Positions 39,040-47,337 of a stretch of 54,062 nt of DNA are shown piece by piece. This DNA is from Schmidtea polychroa. Taxonomy: Eukaryota. Numbering within the stretch: the first letter of the stretch is position 1; each line of letters opens with the position of its first letter. The DNA lies in NCBI GenBank assembly GCA_044892525.1, contig CM097888.1, forward strand, positions 443,939 to 498,000, given 5' to 3'. The notes below the pieces were generated by a model. The model saw nothing but the letters and a program-made list of their open reading frames with translations. It was not told the origin of the DNA and searched no databases. A program made the position numbers and the translations under genes.

Positions 39040-39172
39040 ATATAATCGCCTCCGTAGGTGGAATCATGATCTATATATTAGCGGATCCTGGCAGTCTTTG
39101 CGATCTTTTAATGTAAAAGTTAAAGGACGGAGAGTGAAGACTTCAAAGGAAACAGTGTCAGAAATTGAAATC
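39040..39172 (+). mobile_element. Possible degraded Gypsy-type protease fragment
   Basis: One frame gives IIASVGGIMIYILADPGSLCDL (compare the protease motif V.IGG..L..L.DSG..CNL). A second frame gives WQSLRSFNVKVKGRRVKTSKET. Short and diverged. Confidence 0.35.
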
Positions 39173-39495
39173 TGACGCATTCATGCTAGATCAATTAACC
39201 TTCAGGCCTTGGGAACATTTCTATTTGTTTTAATGGTTATACTTTAATACTTAATACTTTTAATGACCTCCCAGTCACTATAATGAGATTGTTATTTGGA
39301 TATTCCAGTGACCAAATTACTTGTCAATGACCCTTATAGTCTACGGATTTGTGAATCTCAAATTCAAATAGCTTTTCTATTCCGACGAGATCCAGATTGG
39401 GATGTCATTTGGAAACGAAAATCAATAGGATTGGGCGTAAGTTATTAGAATACAAAATTATGCGCGATTACAAACCTATGAAATATCAGATAATT

Positions 39496-39612
39496 GACGG
39501 ATGGTGACAAATGGTAACAGATGGTGACGGATGGTGACAAATGCTAACGGATGAATGACGGATAGTGACGGATGGTGACAATTGATAACAGATGGTGACG
39601 GATGAATGACGT
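39496..39612. repeat. Degenerate 10-bp tandem repeat (TGACGGATGG-like), about 11-12 units
   Basis: Visible recurrence of GACGGATGGT/GACAAATGGT/AACAGATGGT. Confidence 0.75.
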
Positions 39613-39870
39613 CATTCAATAAATAATCTCTGATCCGTCAGCTAGTCAATATTACAGACAGAAAATACGATGCACGGCAGTGCCAGTCATTTAAATAATA
39701 TATAAATTTGTATTATTATTATTTATTTATATAATCTGGTTATGAGAAAATAATTTATTGTAATTACAGCTAACCAGCGGCTGATCCAATGTAAATTTTG
39801 ATTCATTCACTCATCATTGCATTCTGGTTTCCGCCACGCTGACCCTCCCTGGCGGATAATCAGATTATTA

Positions 39871-39905
<35 letters not shown>

Positions 39906-40618
39906 GCTCATTTNNNNNNNNNNNNNNNNNNNNNNNNNNNNNNNNNNNNNNNNNNNNNNNNNNNNNNNNNNNNNNNNNNNNNNNNNNNNNNNNNNNNNNN
40001 NNNNNNNNNNNNNNNNNNNNNNNNNNNNNNNNNNNNNNNNNNNNNNNNNNNNNNNNNNNNNNNNNNNNNNNNNNNNNNNNNNNNNNNNNNNNNNNNNNNN
40101 NNNNNNNNNNNNNNNNNNNNNNNNNNNNNNNNNNNNNNNNNNNNNNNNNNNNNNNNNNNNNNNNNNNNNNNNNNNNNNNNNNNNNNNNNNNNNNNNNNNN
40201 NNNNNNNNNNNNNNNNNNNNNNNNNNNNNNNNNNNNNNNNNNNNNNNNNNNNNNNNNNNNNNNNNNNNNNNNNNNNNNNNNNNNNNNNNNNNNNNNNNNN
40301 NNNNNNNNNNNNNNNNNNNNNNNNNNNNNNNNNNNNNNNNNNNNNNNNNNNNNNNNNNNNNNNNNNNNNNNNNNNNNNNNNNNNNNNNNNNNNNNNNNNN
40401 NNNNNNNNNNNNNNNNNNNNNNNNNNNNNNNNNNNNNNNNNNNNNNNNNNNNNNNNNNNNNNNNNNNNNNNNNNNNNNNNNNNNNNNNNNNNNNNNNNNN
40501 NNNNNNNNNNNNNNNNNNNNNNNNNNNNNNNNNNNNNNNNNNNNNNNNNNNNNNNNNNNNNNNNNNNNNNNNNNNNNNNNNNNNNNNNNNNNNNNNNNNN
40601 NNNNNNNNNNNNNNNNNN

Positions 40619-40930
40619 AAAATTCAATTTTTCGAAAAGAAAAAATTAATAAAGGTAAAGAAGTCCTCAGCGGGCAAGCCAGAGCCGTCGACAGTGTTGC
40701 AGATCAACGAAACGGTTCGTGCAAAAGTCCCTATGGCAAGCTTGAACTATTTGAATGTCCGAATCTCAATTTGCGATGCTAAAATGATAATTGGCGATTC
40801 GTCTCTTTATTATCTCAATTTTGGCCAGGACTCGGGAACTGGACCGACTGAAACGACTTATTGGTCAGACTTCATCAGAGACATTCCAGCATCAGGCAGG
40901 AAGCAATGGTTTCCATTTCATCAGAAGTAG
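40619..40930 (+). CDS. Synaptotagmin-like protein last exon: remainder of C2B (5' end in N-gap)
   Basis: KIQFFEKKKLIKVKKS..INETVRAKVP..LNVRISICD..FGQDSGTGPTETTYWSDFIRDIPASGRKQWFPF* resembles the Syt C2B polybasic stretch and the C-terminal G..HW.DM...P...QWH.L motif. Confidence 0.72.
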   Translation, partial: KIQFFEKKKLIKVKKSSAGKPEPSTVLQINETVRAKVPMASLNYLNVRISICDAKMIIGDSSLYYLNFGQDSGTGPTETTYWSDFIRDIPASGRKQWFPFHQK

Positions 40931-41149
40931 TGGACGATCTTTGAGATTGTAGATGACTGCAAAGCAACATTTGAATGTATTCATCATTTGTCGTTATTTT
41001 TGTGATAAATAGATTCCATGGCATTCATTATTAGTTAATTGGATTACATCACTGTGACGCATTTGGTCATTTTGCTATGTCGTTTGTGCGGCCGTTTGTG
41101 TGGCCATTTGTTTACATTGTATGCGTGATAAAGGTCGCCCTATTCCACA

Positions 41150-41157
41150 TATATAAG
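41150..41157 (+). promoter_or_regulatory. Putative TATA box of KYNU (TATATAAG)
   Basis: It lies about 30 nt before a TCAAGT initiator-like sequence and about 45 nt before the ATG. Motif and position only. Confidence 0.35.
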
Positions 41158-41198
41158 GAGCAACTACCAAATATTGGCATCAAGTGAATGACATCAGA

Positions 41199-42566
41199 AT
41201 GGATCTGGATGAAAGTTTATCTTTGTTGTCCACGGAATTGGATCTGGATATATATGACAAGAGATTTTCACTGGCTATGGATGCTAGGGACCCCTTGGCA
41301 CCATTAAGGACTCGATTCGAATATCCTAAAATGAAACAGTTGCCATTTGTGGATCTAGCAAAAGTTGATGCTGAAGAGGACAGTATTTATCTCGCAGGAA
41401 ACTCACTAGGGTTGATGCCTAAAGCAGTGAAGGATGAATTAGATCAATTTCTCAGGCAATGGGCTGATTACGGGGTTTATGGCCATCATAATGGTGAGCA
41501 TCCGTGGTATATTTGCGATGAGGAATTGCTACCCAGAATGGCTCATTTAGTGGGTGCCAGTACTGATGAAGTAGCCATTATGAATCAATTGACTTCCTCT
41601 CTGCATTTTATGATGCTAACCTTTTACAGGCCCACCAAGTCAAGGTACAAAATTCTATTTGAAGATAAAGCTTTTCCTTCGGATTATTATTCGTTTGAAT
41701 CTCAGGTTTTACTTCACGGTTTGGATTCGAAGGATGCGTTGGTGGCTATCAAACCCAGGCAAGGAGAACATTGTTTAAGATTAGATGATATTTTGCAAAT
41801 GATCCGTAAGCATGGAAATGAGATCAGTTTGATTTGTTTTAGTGGAACTCAATATTATACTGGTCAGCATTTCAATATCCCAGCAATTACCTTGTGTGGT
41901 CATGAAGTCGGGGCTTTTGTAGGTTGGGATTTGGCTCACTCGGTTGGTAATATTGAATTGGATTTGCATGAGTGGGATGTTGATTTTGCCGTATGGACGA
42001 CATACAAGTACCTCAATGCTGGGGCTGGCAATACTGGTGCAGCGTTCCTTCACTCACGACTGTTCTCCTCCAATTTGCCATATTTGTCCGGTTGGTGGGG
42101 CCATGCTATTGAAACAAGGATGCAGATGACCAATATAATGGAACCTGGGAGAGGGATACGGAAATACCGGATGTCAACACCTTCAGCATTGCATTGCTCT
42201 GCGTTGCGAGCGGCTCTTGCGATATTTGACACGGTGGATATGAAATCTATACGGAGGAAATCCATTCTGTTAACTGGATATTTGGAGTGCCTGTTGAACT
42301 CAATTAATGCAAAGTTGGAGAAGAAAGTTTTGCAGGTAATTACGCCAAGTGCTAAGGAAGAAAGAGGCGCTCAGTTATCAATTTCATTTTCTGGAATTAA
42401 TTTGGATGATATCCACATATTTTTGAAACAGAATGGGGTGGTCTGTGATCAGAGGAAACCAAATGTCATTCGGTTGGCTGCCTGCCCTCTTTATAACTCA
42501 TTCTTTGATGTATTTCGAGCATATGATCTAATCCTGTCTTTCATGTTAGAGCGTTTTAGCAAATAA
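41199..42566 (+). CDS. KYNU: Kynureninase (PLP-dependent), metazoan type, single exon, 455 aa
   Basis: Motifs IYLAGNSLGLMPK, EVAIMNQLT, FPSDYY, QYYTGQ, DLAHSVGN, WTTYKYLNAGAG (PLP Lys), GWWGH, RGAQLS and D.RKPNVIR...PLYNSF.DV. The N-terminal extension is collinear with the human enzyme. The first ATG is at 41199; the track start is GTG. Confidence 0.97.
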   Translation: MDLDESLSLLSTELDLDIYDKRFSLAMDARDPLAPLRTRFEYPKMKQLPFVDLAKVDAEEDSIYLAGNSLGLMPKAVKDELDQFLRQWADYGVYGHHNGEHPWYICDEELLPRMAHLVGASTDEVAIMNQLTSSLHFMMLTFYRPTKSRYKILFEDKAFPSDYYSFESQVLLHGLDSKDALVAIKPRQGEHCLRLDDILQMIRKHGNEISLICFSGTQYYTGQHFNIPAITLCGHEVGAFVGWDLAHSVGNIELDLHEWDVDFAVWTTYKYLNAGAGNTGAAFLHSRLFSSNLPYLSGWWGHAIETRMQMTNIMEPGRGIRKYRMSTPSALHCSALRAALAIFDTVDMKSIRRKSILLTGYLECLLNSINAKLEKKVLQVITPSAKEERGAQLSISFSGINLDDIHIFLKQNGVVCDQRKPNVIRLAACPLYNSFFDVFRAYDLILSFMLERFSK

Positions 42567-44339
42567 AATATTTTTCTATTTATTTTAATTTAATTTCTGA
42601 TAGATGAAAGGGTAAGTACAGATTAAGCAAAAAGTTGAGGCGTTGTTGAAAAGAAATAAGAGATTTATATATGCTTGAAAGTAAGTTGTAAGTGGCTCTC
42701 TATCCTGTAGCCCCATCTGGGACAAAAAATATTAATGTGAACATTACACTATAGTAAAGCGGTATTTTGTTCTCATGGATTTTTCTATATAGAATGGCTA
42801 GTCAATGACAAAATTAGAATATTTTTTAGATCTCTAGTTATCAATGGTTTATCTTTGGGATAAAGATTTAATTGCATTTTTATTAATTACATCTATTTTT
42901 ATTAAATTTAAATTGGTTTCAATAGATTTTATAAATTGTTTTAAGTAAATGACTAATCAGGTGATATTTGAATTTACTTATTTTATATGTTTTATAGTGA
43001 AATATTTGAGATCTTTAGAGAGAATAGGGATTGGAATCAAAGTTAAGGGGCATTGAATAGATTTAGTCATTTCAAGGAATTCTAAGGAATTGTATCGGTA
43101 TGATATGGAGGGGGAATATATAATCTTTTAAGAGTTCTTATCACTAAAAAATCAATTTTTAAAGAGTGAATTATAATATTTTAGGGAAATTTGATCATTT
43201 TCCAATGATTGTAGGATGTTTAATCATTAAATTAAATTACTCAAAATTTACATTAAATTAATTACCTAAACTTCTCATTCGATATTTTTGTAGTTGAAAA
43301 TTCTTTCATTTTACTGAATATATACTTCGCAGCAAAAGGCTTGATTTATCATTGAATTGTTTAATATTTAGTTAATGCTGCTATCAAGAAATCATCAATT
43401 TATACCATATTTCCATTAATTTACTTTTGACCAAATTTGCCTAAATAAAATACAATTCCCTATACAAAATGCCTGCTCACTATAGTGTGATCTTCCAGTG
43501 GGAGTTACGGGGGGGGGCAGGGGGCTACTAACTACCTACTCTTGAAGTTCTAAAGGAATTACAATTTCTCTTACCTCGCCATATTAGGAGAGGCTGCAAC
43601 CGAAATTTGCGCTGGGAGCAAATTATAGGAAATATTTCATCTTTTTTCCGTAATTGAATTATCTGGTTTTGTTTTAATTTCGTTAGAATATTTTTTAATT
43701 ATCAAGCATAAATTAATTAGCAGATTCCATTTGCTATTTGTCAATTACGAATTTTATTCACTCCTGCAAATTTATATGTTTTGTTTTAATTAGTCAGAAT
43801 TTATATTTCCCAATTAATTATTTAATTTCCCCAGGAGAAATTTGTAAATTATCAAGTTGCGAATAAATGAGAATGTAATGGGGAATTTCACGATTTATTC
43901 TATGATTTTATGATCAGTGTAATATTTTATCTTTTTCACAATTGATTTTCTTTTCTATTTTCCTTTATCTGTTCTCTTACCTTTCGCCTCGCATAATAAA
44001 GCCAAGAATCTGACAACTTCATCATCAGGCCGCATCGAATATTGGAATGTTTGACCCATTTTATCTTAATCATATTTTCTCAAATTAATGCAAACAGTAA
44101 ATTGCACCAAAGTTATAAAATAATTCAATTGACTAAAATTATGTATGGCACAGAAAATATAAATCTTTTCAATATTTATTTTATGTATATTGTAGAGAAT
44201 TAAATCTTATCTATATATTGTTACAGTGCAAACTTGATAAAACTCTTTTAACTAGGTAAAGGTTGTAAATTTTACAAGAATACAAAATATTTAGAAGAAA
44301 AACAAATAGAATTCTGCCAATAATTGGTTATACTACAAA

Positions 44340-44720
44340 CAGATATCAGATGTTGAAATGCTGCAAGAAGGCATCGAAACATCTCTAAGCCCAGACTTAA
44401 TCATACGACCAAAGAGAAATAACCTAAGGCACATCCTTTACCTGAAAGTGCCTTATAATGACAGAGAAAATTTTAGTAAGGCCAAAGATATGAATTTTCA
44501 AAAATATAAAGATATTGGCGATCAAATGTGAAAGATCCATAAATGCAAAACAACTATATCTGTTCTGGTTGTTGGTACCTGGGGCACTTAAGACAGAATA
44601 AATGACTTAATTATGGAAGATATAGGACTAAACAAAAGTGAAATTAAAACGCTGGCAAAGATATCAATAAAAACAGCGGTAATGTTCAGCTATCAGATAT
44701 ATATCGTGAGCATGTAGCTC
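44340..44720 (+). mobile_element. 3' remnant of an RLE-endonuclease non-LTR retrotransposon (NeSL/R2/R4-type)
   Basis: LSPDLII...ILYLKVPYNDRENFSKAKDMNFQKYKDI...ISVLVVGTWGT*DRINDLIMEDIGL...SYQIY.EH matches the RLE C-terminus pattern (PD..D..VPF.N...A...K..KY...VVG.LG.W...ND..L..LG...IY..H). Stops are present. Confidence 0.75.
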
Positions 44721-44883
44721 CACCTAAATCAGTGTTTGATATGCTAGCATAAGGCAATTGTGTCTTTGTTGTTGAAAAGAATCTATTAAAACAAAGTTGA
44801 AAGATTGAGAATTGAGCTTTCCTTATATCCACCAGGATTTGTGTTGCCCATAATGAGTTTTTGTATTGAAATAATAATAGTAA

Positions 44884-44931
<48 letters not shown>

Positions 44932-45523
44932 TAATAACATACGGTGTTTAAAAGGTTAATAGCCAAAGGTTTGTAGCCGGGGAAATTTTTCGAGGAACGT
45001 TGGGACAGAAATAATTGAGATTAATCTGGTCAAAGTCAGTTTTCTTTAATGCGATAATATGTTTAGGGGGACTCATTTAATTAATTTGAAAGATTTATAA
45101 AAAGAATCCAAATGAGAACGAGGCAGATTAAGCGAGAAATCTGAGATATTCAAATGGTGAACATTATTATTATGTATGGAAAGTCCCGATACGAAACAAA
45201 TGGGAAAGTGCCGAATTGATTGTGAGAGTGATTCTATGTTGTGTGCTTAATTAATTGTTATATTTTATTTCAATATATTTTGGCGGCCCCATTTCATTGA
45301 TATAAGAACACAAGGAATCAGACCGCAACCGACCGACTGCTATTGATCATTAATTAATATTGATCAATTAACCGATTGCATAAATTGGTTGCCCTGATTG
45401 GACAATAAAACTGACCAATAAACTGAAACGCAAAACTGAAACGAAACATTAACAAAATCACATTCCATTGATAGCAGACAAGCACAATAAATCAATAAAT
45501 CGATAAATCTTATCGATTTGCAC

Positions 45524-45675
45524 TCATCCTCGGTTGACCTTTTTGAATTCAACCAGCTGATGGAAAATATATTCCAATATCGATTTAGCACTCCGTTTCT
45601 CCTCTGCGATCCGATTGGACACTCCGAGGATTTCTCCGCACTCTCTCACATAATATTCCAGATCATTCTCGGTAC
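45524..45675 (-). CDS. IFT52: IFT52 coding exon 7 (last)
   Basis: (C)TENDLEYYVRECGEILGVSNRIAEEKRSAKSILEYIFHQLVEFKKVNRG*, after a 46-nt intron. Confidence 0.94.
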
Positions 45676-47260
45676 CTAACCGCGAATCGATCAATCAATA
45701 ATCAATAAATACCATGCTCACATTTATTGGTCAGCTGCGCCAGCCGAACTTTTTCCGTTGAGAACTCCTCGTCTAGATCAAACAGGTCAAGTGCAGGAGC
45801 TTCCAGTTCTTTGAATGTGGGTGGGAACACTGCCGGTTGCAGGGGAGGCAGGGGGGTTTCAAATTGCGGAGTAATCAAGGTCAAAGCTTCGTGTTTCACT
45901 TTTAGTGATTCAAATGATCTGTTCATGGCAATTACAGTCAATAATCAATAATGATTATAATGTATTAGTTTGTTTAAAATGATAAAAATCGACAAAAAGA
46001 GAATATTGGAATTTTAAGGGAATAAATTATTGTTAAATCTTTCATTTTCAAATAACTCTACAATGATAATAATCAATAATCTATATAATTAATAACCAAT
46101 TATAATCAATAATCCATAATAATAATCAATAATCCATAATAATAATAATATTCAATAATATTCAATAATCAATAATCCATAANNNNNNNNNNNNNNNNNN
46201 NNNNNNNNNNNNNNNNNNNNNNNNNNNNNNNNNNNNNNNNNNNNNNNNNNNNNNNNNNNNNNNNNNNNNNNNNNNNNNNNNNNNNNNNNNNNNNNNNNNN
46301 NNNNNNNNNNNNNNNNNNNNNNNNNNNNNNNNNNNNNNNNNNNNNNNNNNNNNNNNNNNNNNNNNNNNNNNNNNNNNNNNNNNNNNNNNNNNNNNNNNNN
46401 NNNNNNNNNNNNNNNNNNNNNNNNNNNNNNNNNCTAAATCAATAAATTAGATGTTAGAATTTAATTATATTGTAAAAAAATGTTTTGTTTAAAAGAAGCA
46501 AAATATTAAATAAGTGATGAACGACTAGTTTAAAATAATATCTGATTTCGTTGAATTTATAATTTTGATTGATATTTATTGAAGGAAATGGATCACGCGT
46601 CACTGAATGGAGCACTCGATATGATGTGAAAGATTATTATTTATATGTTCATGGCTGGGTCCGTGAGGAATTGCGATTAAATGAAGTCCGAAAGGCTTTG
46701 TATAAGCATAATAAGCAGTTAGTGAATGGCAACCTTGTTATTGGTGTTGAATATGAAATTGGAATTGGTGCTAGGAATGCCATTGGTCATAATGATTGGT
46801 CTCATATGATTGGCTATGCAAGACATTATATGAGCCAATAAAACGGAAGCAGGATTTAGTTTGATGAAAGGTAAAATTGGGCAGTTCAGTTGCAGGAGAA
46901 CGTTTTAGCGAATGGATGAGATATCGCATATTTTATGAATCAAGGCTATCCATTGGTGGCCTTTGGCCGGTGGAGATGGCTGAGATTGGAGGCATTATAG
47001 TGCCGGATAAAGTGATTGATTAAGTAGGGTTATTAATTAATAATGATAATAATAATAACTAACAATAAATAATCAATAAATAATATATGTAATAATCAAT
47101 AATATTCAATATCAACAATCTATAATAATATTATCAATTAAAATAATAAATTATCAATGCAAACCCATAATAAATAATCGATAATGGCAATAATCAATAA
47201 TAATAAATATTAATACGATTCAATCCCAGCAATCAATAATGGTAATTATCAATAATAATG

Positions 47261-47337
<77 letters not shown>

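Noticed and set aside
2820-40782. ORFs made largely of X residues
   Set aside because: They span N-gaps, so the ORF caller saw no stops. Only the Syt-like flanks at 28550-29294 and 40619-40930 were kept, on motif evidence.
41199-42566. Bacterial horizontal transfer of the intronless kynureninase
   Set aside because: The N-terminal region and internal motifs are collinear with animal KYNU (PKMKQLPFVDL...IYLAGNSLGL, His102 retained), and composition resembles the host IFT52 exons.
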